DNA from: Candidatus Woesearchaeota archaeon
GTDB lineage: Archaea > Nanobdellota > Nanobdellia > Woesearchaeales > 0-14-0-80-44-23
Assembly (NCBI GenBank): GCA_038874135.1
Contig: JAVZCZ010000001.1
Coordinates: 640,001-704,000, forward strand
Direction of reading: 5' to 3'
DNA: 64,000 nucleotides
This document shows positions 56,562 to 64,000 of the stretch, one piece after another. The notes beneath the pieces are model-generated. The model saw only the letters and a program-made list of their open reading frames with translations, ran no database searches and was not told the origin of the DNA. Numbering within the stretch: the first letter of the stretch is position 1; the number at the start of each line of letters is the position of its first letter. The position numbers and the translations under genes were made by a program.

Positions 56562-56945
56562 TTACCTCACTGAGAGGGCGGCACTTGACTTTGTTGCCCC
56601 AATTCCCGGAGCGTGGTGCGTGACCTTCTTTCTCGTCATTGCAAACTCTCCTAAGCGGTGACCTATCATCTCAGGCACGATTTGGGTCTCCACAAATTCT
56701 TTACCATTATGTATCAATATTGTTCTTCCAACCATTGATGGAAGCACTATCATATCCCTACAGTGCGTTCTTATCCGCTGTTTTCCCTTAGCTATCTTTT
56801 CTAATAGCTTCTTTTCAGCATCAGTAAATCCTCTTTTGATTTTTCTCCTCTCTCTAGCAGGGACTAGCGTCATGAACTCTTCCAAGCTCATCCTGTTGAG
56901 CTCATCCAATGTTCTTCCCCTGTAAGTGAACTCCTTCTTAACCAT
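56562..56945 (-). CDS. rps19: Ribosomal protein uS19
   Basis: FTYRG, RTHCRDM, MIGH.LGEF, GIGAT.SS. Confidence 0.95.
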   Translation of the reverse strand: MVKKEFTYRGRTLDELNRMSLEEFMTLVPARERRKIKRGFTDAEKKLLEKIAKGKQRIRTHCRDMIVLPSMVGRTILIHNGKEFVETQIVPEMIGHRLGEFAMTRKKVTHHAPGIGATKSSAALSVR

Positions 56946-56947
56946 TT

Positions 56948-57652
56948 TTACTTCCTCTTTCCAGTTCTAGCAGGCCTTATCTTTCCAACCTTTCTTCCCG
57001 GAGGCGCATTCTTGGGTGCTATTGTAGGTCTTCCTTTATGGTGAGAGCTTGATCCTCCGAATGGATGTTGTACAGCGTTCATTGATACTCCGTGTATTCT
57101 TGGATATCTCTTGTTTCTAGCGTGCATCTTATGATATCTCTTTCCGGCTTTTAGGAATGGCTTGGCATTTTTTCCAGAGCCAGCTGCCGTGCCTATTGTT
57201 GCCAGGCAGTTTCCATTCAGGACTTTCTCTTTTTTTGAAGGAAGCTGAACTGCAATCCCGCCTTCAACCTTGCCCAGCACTCTGGCAACTGCGCCTGCGC
57301 CCCTTACGAGTTTTCCGCCGTCTCCGGGAACTAGTTCTATGTTAAAAACTTCAGTTCCTGGAGGAATGTCTTGTAGTAGCATTACATTTCCTGTTTTTAC
57401 TTCAGTGCTCATCATTTCAAAAGTGTCGCCCTTTTTTATCCCGTTCGCAGCCGGTATCAGCGCCCTTTTTCCATCATTGTACTCAATTACAGCCAGAGGA
57501 GCGTCGTGCCCAGTGCTGTGTATTATCTCTTTTATTGTGAATGTTGCCGGTGAATGTCTCTCATATGAGCATCTTCCAGCATACCTAAAACTTGGAGCTA
57601 AGTATCTTGAAGTTCCCTTTCCTCTCTTTTGTGAAATAAGGTTTTTTCCCAT
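56948..57652 (-). CDS. rpl2: Ribosomal protein uL2
   Basis: MGK.L..Q.RG.G, GDGGK.VR, KP..KAG, MNA..HPFGG, PPGRKVG. Confidence 0.96.
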   Translation of the reverse strand: MGKNLISQKRGKGTSRYLAPSFRYAGRCSYERHSPATFTIKEIIHSTGHDAPLAVIEYNDGKRALIPAANGIKKGDTFEMMSTEVKTGNVMLLQDIPPGTEVFNIELVPGDGGKLVRGAGAVARVLGKVEGGIAVQLPSKKEKVLNGNCLATIGTAAGSGKNAKPFLKAGKRYHKMHARNKRYPRIHGVSMNAVQHPFGGSSSHHKGRPTIAPKNAPPGRKVGKIRPARTGKRK

Positions 57653-57913
57653 TTACATCAGTCCCAGTTGAGTTGCTATGTCAATCGCCGGATTCTCTTT
57701 GCTCAGCTTGACATATGCCTTTTTAGCGCCTTTCATATCATTCACTATTCTTACTTCTTCCACCTTTACATTAAACATTTGTTCAACTGCCTTTTTTACA
57801 TCAGCCTTTCTAGCAGCTTTATCAACTATGAAAGTAAGCTTGTTTTCTGACTCTATCATTCTTATTGTTTTTTCATTTGAAACTGGATATTTTAGGATTT
57901 TTGAAGCGTCCAT
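57653..57913 (-). CDS. rpl23: Ribosomal protein uL23
   Basis: EK....IE.ENKL.F.V, KKAY.KL, A.DIA..LG. Confidence 0.94.
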   Translation of the reverse strand: MDASKILKYPVSNEKTIRMIESENKLTFIVDKAARKADVKKAVEQMFNVKVEEVRIVNDMKGAKKAYVKLSKENPAIDIATQLGLM

Positions 57914-57919
57914 TTTTCT

Positions 57920-58723
57920 TCACTCAAAAAGATTTTTCTTTTCAATCGTTTCAACTGCTCTCCTGCTAAATATGGTGAGCCTTCCAGGAACTCCTCCGGG
58001 AGCCAAATCCTCTGCATTTATCTCATCTACTCTCTTTACATCTAGAGGAAGATTTTCAGCAGCTTTGATTAGAGGGCACTCCTTTGATACTACTATGAGT
58101 ATTCCCCTATTTCTTACAAATCGCCTTCCCCTGCTCTTTCCCCTTCCAGCTCTTATTCTGACTTTTGAATTTCTCTTCATCTCCTCTTCCAGCCCTAATG
58201 ACTTCAACACTTTTAGTACTTCTCTTGTCTTGTTTAAATCTTCAATTTCATCAGATACTATAAAGGGGTAGTTTTCCGGTGCGATGTGACCTCTTTCTAT
58301 TACCAGCTCTTTCTTCATTGTGGCTGAGAGAGCACTCCTTATCGCCTTCTTTCTCTCTTTCTTATTTATCTTCTGCTCCCACACTTTGGAGCTCTTTGGA
58401 GGATGAGCCCTTCTTCCTCCGACTGTGCCGGGAGCAACTGCTGCTACCCAGTAGAAGCTAGAACCGCTGTGGCTCAGCGTCTTTCTCGGAACTCTGGATA
58501 TTCCCTTTCCGTAGCTGCCCTTATAGTTTCTTCTCCTTCTTGACAGTTTGGCAGAAGGTCTCATTCCAGAGTCCTCTTCCGCTCCATACGCCTGTCTTCT
58601 TATGCTCTCTATTGCGAGAACTGCCCTTTGTATTAGGTCCTTTCTCACTTCTTCTTCAAACTGGCTGGGCAGCTTTTCCTTTCCAACGCTCTTCCCGTGA
58701 ATGTCTAATATGTTAACCTGCAT
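57920..58723 (-). CDS. rpl4: Ribosomal protein uL4
   Basis: G.SRVPR, GGRRAHPP, RAGRGK.RGR, LAPGG.PGRL. Confidence 0.96.
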   Translation of the reverse strand: MQVNILDIHGKSVGKEKLPSQFEEEVRKDLIQRAVLAIESIRRQAYGAEEDSGMRPSAKLSRRRRNYKGSYGKGISRVPRKTLSHSGSSFYWVAAVAPGTVGGRRAHPPKSSKVWEQKINKKERKKAIRSALSATMKKELVIERGHIAPENYPFIVSDEIEDLNKTREVLKVLKSLGLEEEMKRNSKVRIRAGRGKSRGRRFVRNRGILIVVSKECPLIKAAENLPLDVKRVDEINAEDLAPGGVPGRLTIFSRRAVETIEKKNLFE

Positions 58724-58727
58724 GTTC

Positions 58728-59705
58728 TCACTTCTGGATTATGCCTCTAAACTCATATGCGCCTTCGGGCATTTTCTTGTTCTCTCTCACTGGCAAATTA
58801 AATCTTATAAGCCTCTTAGGGCTTCCAGCTACAGAGCCTTTAATTATTACATAGCTGTTCTTTACAATCCCGTAGTGCGGGAATCCTGATTTTAGGTTTA
58901 TGTTATCATTTCCAATCTTGAGTAACAGCTTGTTGTATTCCGTTCTGAGCTGATAGCCCATCTGTCCAGCATGGGCAACCCTGTACATTATGTGAGCCTG
59001 AGAGCACCAGTCGGCAAGGCTTCCAGGACCCCTCTTAGTTTTTTCTGACTTGTGCGACCTTATTGCAACTCCAAATCTGCGCACGGGTCCCTGAATCCCT
59101 TTGCCTTTTGTGACTGCGTGAACGTCCAAGTTTTGTCCATCTGAGAATACCTCATTTACTAATATGTCTTTTCCAATCTTTGATTTTAAGTATGAGAGCT
59201 TTTCAGCAAGACTTCCGCCAAGTGCGACTTCGAACACTTCAGGCTTTTTCTTTCCAATTCCAGTGAGGGACGGCTTGGTATAAACTACTGCTCTTATATC
59301 AGTGAATTCATCCAACTTTGATTCAAGCTGAGCGAGCTTCTTTTCGTATGACTCTTTCGGAATCGTCAAGCGCCTTGCCAAGTCTTTATCATTTGCAACC
59401 AGCACTTCTTCAGCCACAGAGAGCTTTCCATTCTTATTCCTGTAAAATCTTATTGCGGCAAGCCGTAAGGGTGGGCATTCTATTATTGTGGCAGGCACCA
59501 CTATTTCCTCTCCCTTTGTCATGGAAGTTGGATAATTATCCAGGAGAACTACTTGGACCATTCCCACCTTGTACCCTGCAAATCCCAAGAGCTTTGCCTC
59601 TTTAACATTGGCAGGGTATCTTCTAACTCGCGCGTAGGGCTTGCTCGCCCTCTTCCTAGGCCAAAACTGCATTGAACCCTTATGTGGGCTTCTCTTTGTA
59701 GGCAT
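58728..59705 (-). CDS. rpl3: Ribosomal protein uL3
   Basis: GS..F.PRKR, F.GYK.GM, TKGKG.QG.V.RFG, AGQMGY..RTE.NK. Confidence 0.96.
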   Translation of the reverse strand: MPTKRSPHKGSMQFWPRKRASKPYARVRRYPANVKEAKLLGFAGYKVGMVQVVLLDNYPTSMTKGEEIVVPATIIECPPLRLAAIRFYRNKNGKLSVAEEVLVANDKDLARRLTIPKESYEKKLAQLESKLDEFTDIRAVVYTKPSLTGIGKKKPEVFEVALGGSLAEKLSYLKSKIGKDILVNEVFSDGQNLDVHAVTKGKGIQGPVRRFGVAIRSHKSEKTKRGPGSLADWCSQAHIMYRVAHAGQMGYQLRTEYNKLLLKIGNDNINLKSGFPHYGIVKNSYVIIKGSVAGSPKRLIRFNLPVRENKKMPEGAYEFRGIIQK

Positions 59706-59833
59706 TTTTCTTAACCTTTTTGTATCAACGCCTTCAGAAAGAACACTCTTTAGATCTGCTTAAAATTCTGTACTGAAAGAGTTCCTCTTTCAGGCGTCGT
59801 GAATGAAGATGGGAAAAAGGGGGTATTTATAAA
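59706..59833 (-). promoter_or_regulatory. Promoter and structured 5' leader of the ribosomal superoperon
   Basis: TTTATAAA at 59826-59833; perfect CTGAAAGAG-N3-CTCTTTCAG hairpin at 59773-59793; ACGCCT/AGGCGT outer stem. Confidence 0.5.
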
Positions 59834-59911
59834 GCTTTCTGTATTTTAGGGCAAATTAAATAAAGTTCATATGCAACTATAAAATCTCCATAGCCAAAAA
59901 GTGATGTTCAA

Positions 59912-61099
59912 ATGGATAATAAAGAAATCTCGCCAGAAGTTATTCTGAATTTCTTCTCTGTTTCAGACGATGGGCTTGCAAGGATTTCTGCCAGTGAGAT
60001 ATTTGAAAATACGGGAGCAGAAGCATCTGTTGAAGGCTGCATCTCATTTTTTAAAACCAACTACGGCTCAGCACTTAAATTCTGCTACTCGGCTCAATCA
60101 ATTAGGAGATGCTGCATCTTGCTCAGTAGGTTTGAAGTTTCAGAAAGGCTGGAAGAGGCATCTCGTCAGATAGAACAGGCGCTTAGAAGTGTGGATTTCA
60201 GCTTTCTAGCAAACAAGAGCTTCATGGTGGAATGTGAAAGGATTGGCGCTCAGGAGTATCACAGCGTGGACATAGCTAAAGAGATTGCACATTCAATTCA
60301 GCTTTTAACGCATTGCAGGATTGATTTCAGGAATCCAGAGTACAGGCTTTATGCTATAGTGCAGAGAGACCTCTGCGTTCTCGGAATTGATTTAGGAGGA
60401 ATTGATCTGAGTAGGCGTGACTACAGAATCTTTAATCATCCGGGCTCTTTAAAGGGAACTATCGCTTACGCGATGTTCAGAAGCGGCTTAGAAGCATGTG
60501 CCAATACTGAGAAGCTAAGCGTAGCAAACATTTTTTGTAAGTCTGGAGAACTGGCGATAGAAACCGCACTTTTCCTGTCCAGAACCTCGCCAAATTTTTT
60601 CCGTAAGGACTCCCTCGCTTTTTGGCAATATTTTGGACTGGATAGGAAACAAGTTCAGAAGATAATTGAAGATGCGGATTCTAAAATAGGGAATTCTGCC
60701 GATTTTGAGATTTTCGCTTCAGATTCTGAGATGAGACACATATCTATGGCTAGAAAGAATGCGAGAATTGCGGGTGTTGAAAGGTTCATCTCTTTCAGCC
60801 GAAACGATTTAGAATGGCTATTCTTGAAGTTTGGGAGAAGCTCTCTTGACCTCATCATCTCAGACCTCGGTGCGGGTAAGCATTCCGACTTTCAGGCAAT
60901 CCTTAATGCCTTTTTTAAGCAGGCAAACATAATCTTAGAACCTGAAGGTGCGCTTTGCATCTCACTCAGAGATTTTGAAGCATTAGAAAATACTGCTCCA
61001 AAATTTGGTTTTAATATTGTTCAGCACCTAACCTGCTTTCAGGGTCAGCAGAGAATTGATTTTTATATCTTGAAGAGGGCCAGCACTACATTATCCTGA
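59912..61099 (+). CDS. THUMP-domain RNA methyltransferase (Trm14/RlmL-like), divergent motifs
   Basis: F.V...R.G...Y.S.DI THUMP pattern; GID.GG.DLSRRDYR...HP.SLK..IAY; A..NA..AGV. Confidence 0.75.
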   Translation: MDNKEISPEVILNFFSVSDDGLARISASEIFENTGAEASVEGCISFFKTNYGSALKFCYSAQSIRRCCILLSRFEVSERLEEASRQIEQALRSVDFSFLANKSFMVECERIGAQEYHSVDIAKEIAHSIQLLTHCRIDFRNPEYRLYAIVQRDLCVLGIDLGGIDLSRRDYRIFNHPGSLKGTIAYAMFRSGLEACANTEKLSVANIFCKSGELAIETALFLSRTSPNFFRKDSLAFWQYFGLDRKQVQKIIEDADSKIGNSADFEIFASDSEMRHISMARKNARIAGVERFISFSRNDLEWLFLKFGRSSLDLIISDLGAGKHSDFQAILNAFFKQANIILEPEGALCISLRDFEALENTAPKFGFNIVQHLTCFQGQQRIDFYILKRASTTLS

Positions 61100-61107
61100 A
61101 ATATTTC

Positions 61108-61758
61108 TTAAGAGTTTAATTCTAGAAGTTGAATTAGCTTGTTCTTCGGCTGGAAGCCGTAATGTACCTCTTCATTAATTACCAGAGTTGGAAGGCGGTT
61201 CTGGCTTATATTATATTTGTTTTTTAAATAGTTAAGTGCAGAATTGTTCAGAGCATATTCAAAAGAGTACACTTGTAAGTTGCCATATTCCTGATGAATA
61301 TTTGTAAGAACCAAGCCCTGGTCTTCGCAGTCAGCGCATCCGAAGTTTGAGTAAAAATATAAGACAATCGGAGTTTTGTAGCCGCACTTAGCACCAATCT
61401 CCTTCATTAGCATCCAATGGCGAATTTCCAGCAAGCTGTAATAATTTTTCAGCTTAACAACTTCCTGATTTTCAAAGCCGTAAAGCGACTCCATATATGT
61501 TAGCCTTTTTCCTATTGTGTAAAGCTCCAGATTATATTCGCTCATATTAAGGTCCTTGCAAGAGCTTGACTGCACTAACTGGTAGAGCAGCTCATTACTA
61601 AGCGCATCAGCTCTGATGTCCTGAGCCATGTCGCTGAGCTGTTTGAACTTCTGAGAATTTATAAGAGCACTCGCCATAAAACCAAATAGGAAGATGATGA
61701 TAGCAGCCGCTATTCCAATAATATACCTGGCAGTTTTTATTCTCCTTTTTGGCACCAT
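61108..61758 (-). CDS. Membrane-anchored thioredoxin-fold protein
   Basis: N-terminal TM; LYFYS...CADC..QG..L, LPT.VIN. Confidence 0.65.
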   Translation of the reverse strand: MVPKRRIKTARYIIGIAAAIIIFLFGFMASALINSQKFKQLSDMAQDIRADALSNELLYQLVQSSSCKDLNMSEYNLELYTIGKRLTYMESLYGFENQEVVKLKNYYSLLEIRHWMLMKEIGAKCGYKTPIVLYFYSNFGCADCEDQGLVLTNIHQEYGNLQVYSFEYALNNSALNYLKNKYNISQNRLPTLVINEEVHYGFQPKNKLIQLLELNS

Positions 61759-61763
61759 AATTA

Positions 61764-63026
61764 TCAACTCGCAAAATAGTTGGGACCCCATTTAACCTTT
61801 TTACCACTTATATAATAATATATCGCTAGAACCCAGCAGATAGGTCCTAAAATCCAGTATGTCAGCGTAAAAGCTATGAAGGGCAGGAATATTTCCTGCT
61901 TCTCTTCAGATATGATTTTTATATAATACATGAAGGCGCCTAATACGAGCAGCAGCACTACTGGCAGAACTGTAGTGTTTTTTATTGTTATTAGAAAGGG
62001 GTCAAATGAAAATTCAAACAGGTGTTTAAATGAAATTCCCACAAGACTAACCTCCCTAACCCATTTGATAAGGTTGCGCACAATTCTAAACAGAGTGTAT
62101 GAGAATACAAAGGTGTTAAGGAAGATGTAAAATACCGAGAGTGGCAGGATGAAGAAGCCCAAATCACCATACTTGCTACTAAACATGTGTTTGTATTTTT
62201 TCATCTGAACAATAAAACCATAGAACCATCTTAACCTCTGATTTATAAATGCTTTTAAGCTGTTAACTCCGCTAGTGTACACATTTGCTGAAACAACATG
62301 TTCAATCCTGTAATGGTGGCTCTGTATCCTTAAAGCCATCTCCAAATCCTCTACCATTGTGTCCTTGCTGTATGCTCCATGCTTGTCTATGAAAGATTTT
62401 CTGATTACAGTGCAGGCTCCCGAAACTAGAGGCACTCCCCCTAGACTTGATTGTATGTGCAATACAAATACAGAACTTAAGAATTCTTGAAACTGGATTT
62501 TTTGAAGAAGTGACTTGGGCTGCCAAATCTTAACTGAGGGCATTGCCGCCATAACTCTCTTATCCTTAAAAACTGGAACTATCTTTTCAAAGACATCTGG
62601 CATAATAAAAGAATCCGCATCCAACCCCATTATCAACTCGCCAGTAGCGTGGCTTATTCCCAGATTTACCGCCTGCGTCTTCCCCTTGGACTTCTTATGA
62701 GAAAAAATCTTTACCCCAAACTTCTTATATTCTCTAATTATTTCAAGCGAGTTATCTGTTGAGCCGTCATTTACTACAATTATCTCCAGCTTATCTTTAG
62801 GATATCTAGCGTTAAGCACAGAGTCCAATGTCTTTCTTATTCTTTCCCCATTATTCGAGCCCTCATTCCACACTGGAATTATGACGCTTATCTTTGGCCT
62901 AAATTTTGAATCATAAGAATGTCTCTTCTTCTTTTGCGAAAGTATTGTGACTATGTAAACTGTAGATGTAAAAATTCCTATAAAGCATAGAACTCCTATA
63001 ACTACATCCTGAAATGTTATCAGCAT
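61764..63026 (-). CDS. GT2 membrane glycosyltransferase, processive type
   Basis: ISVIIP.WNE, VNDGSTD, LDAD, VED, QRLRW; flanking TM helices. Confidence 0.9.
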   Translation of the reverse strand: MLITFQDVVIGVLCFIGIFTSTVYIVTILSQKKKRHSYDSKFRPKISVIIPVWNEGSNNGERIRKTLDSVLNARYPKDKLEIIVVNDGSTDNSLEIIREYKKFGVKIFSHKKSKGKTQAVNLGISHATGELIMGLDADSFIMPDVFEKIVPVFKDKRVMAAMPSVKIWQPKSLLQKIQFQEFLSSVFVLHIQSSLGGVPLVSGACTVIRKSFIDKHGAYSKDTMVEDLEMALRIQSHHYRIEHVVSANVYTSGVNSLKAFINQRLRWFYGFIVQMKKYKHMFSSKYGDLGFFILPLSVFYIFLNTFVFSYTLFRIVRNLIKWVREVSLVGISFKHLFEFSFDPFLITIKNTTVLPVVLLLVLGAFMYYIKIISEEKQEIFLPFIAFTLTYWILGPICWVLAIYYYISGKKVKWGPNYFAS

Positions 63027-63077
63027 GTGAGAAGGGATCCATTTTTTATTTAAAAATGTTCTCTAAAAACTCTTGCC

Positions 63078-64000
63078 TCATGACAGGTTACTGCTGTTTA
63101 ACAGGTATTCCCAAACCTCTATCCCTTCACTTTGGTTTAGCTCAACTCTTCTGAATGTTTCTTTATTTCTTAGAATGAAGAGCAGCCCCTGATCTTCTCT
63201 GCTCCAAACGCTTCCATTTTTCATATCAGGAGTTATAAGGATGTAGGCTATGCTGTTATTTTGCAACAATTCTCTTGAGTATTTTAGGCTTCTTGAATAG
63301 AATATCTCATTAGCCAGGTTAACTTTGTTTTTAGAAGAATAGGTTTCGTCCACAAATGTTTTAATATTAACATACTCCAAGTAGAACCCATTTTCAGGGC
63401 TAGAGAGCACAATTCCGCCGTTATAACTGGACTTGGCAAATTCTCTAAGCGAACTTATCAAAAGGGGAGAAGGGCCCATCTTTATTATGATGTTTGTAAA
63501 TGTTAAAGTTGCAAAAACTAAGCCGCACATTATCAGAAGCAATGAAGCCCCTTTTAGCATCGGAAGAGTCCACTCCCTCTCTTTAAGCTTCTGAATCGCA
63601 TATGCTGCTAGTATTGCAGCTGTAACTGCAGCGTATGCAACGATGTCAAAACCCAAAGTCAGCAGAACAATTAAGAAGAGCACTCCATAAACTACATTTC
63701 TATTCTCACCTTTTGAGGATACCGAGTAGATTATGCCTATGAATGCAACAACAGCTTCAATGATTCCTATTCCAGATATTCCTCCAAGTTCAAGCACAAT
63801 CTGTGAGAGGCTTAGTTTTTGCTTGAAGATAAACAGAATGTTCCAGCCAAACTTAAATGCCGGAAGGATGTATACTAGTGAAGCGAGGGCAATCAAGCCC
63901 AAAAATGCGTTTTTAATTTTTTCTTCATTTCCTAATGCAATAACTAATACAGCACTTATTATTAATCCCTCTTTTGTCATGAGGGCAGCTGCTAGAAAAG
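63078..64000 (-). CDS. Polytopic membrane protein with soluble C-terminal domain (GT-C-like), 5'-truncated
   Basis: Multiple TM helices; C-terminal L....I.YI.I pattern; frame is open to the window end. Confidence 0.6.
   Translation of the reverse strand, partial: FLAAALMTKEGLIISAVLVIALGNEEKIKNAFLGLIALASLVYILPAFKFGWNILFIFKQKLSLSQIVLELGGISGIGIIEAVVAFIGIIYSVSSKGENRNVVYGVLFLIVLLTLGFDIVAYAAVTAAILAAYAIQKLKEREWTLPMLKGASLLLIMCGLVFATLTFTNIIIKMGPSPLLISSLREFAKSSYNGGIVLSSPENGFYLEYVNIKTFVDETYSSKNKVNLANEIFYSRSLKYSRELLQNNSIAYILITPDMKNGSVWSREDQGLLFILRNKETFRRVELNQSEGIEVWEYLLNSSNLS

Noticed and set aside
44957-59605. Many plus-strand ORFs antisense to ribosomal genes, and similar shadow ORFs elsewhere
   Set aside because: They fully overlap well-conserved genes, have biased Phe/Ser/Leu/Ile composition and show no motifs

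Overview
This is a 64-kb chromosomal window from an archaeon, most consistent with DPANN/Woesearchaeota: it has GatDE, archaeal ribosomal proteins, Cdc6, bacterial-type ThrRS, TATA promoters and DPANN-style surface proteins. The left third is housekeeping: two NOL1/NOP2 methylases with Nip7, a PIN pair, an Era-like GTPase plus Zn-ribbon protein, ychF, gatDE, tRNA-Thr(UGU), srp54, thrS, nurA and ppsA-cdc6-ppdK. It also holds a membrane-anchored lytic transglycosylase and a Lit/DUF1461-like membrane protein. The right third holds pheST, the L3-to-L14e ribosomal/SecY superoperon, a THUMP methylase and a GT2 cluster. The middle (about 23.6-41.7 kb) is a minus-strand cell-surface locus interrupted by rnpB and trmB. 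I interpret it, as inference, as an undescribed donor-strand-type filament system. Its parts are a 220-aa subunit, a 143-aa minor subunit, a 72-aa membrane peptide with two donor-like strands, and two paralogous membrane-anchored chaperone-like proteins. It also has a 2310-aa mosaic adhesin ending in a copy of the subunit domain and an 1127-aa stalk protein. Each giant gene is coupled to a tandem-HTH regulator whose promoter is flanked by TACTTA-N5-TAAGTA-like sites. A second highlight is a tRNA-Thr anticodon-arm mimic overlapping the thrS ribosome-binding site. No CRISPR array, rRNA or mobile element was seen. All assignments come from motif recognition by eye, with no database searches.
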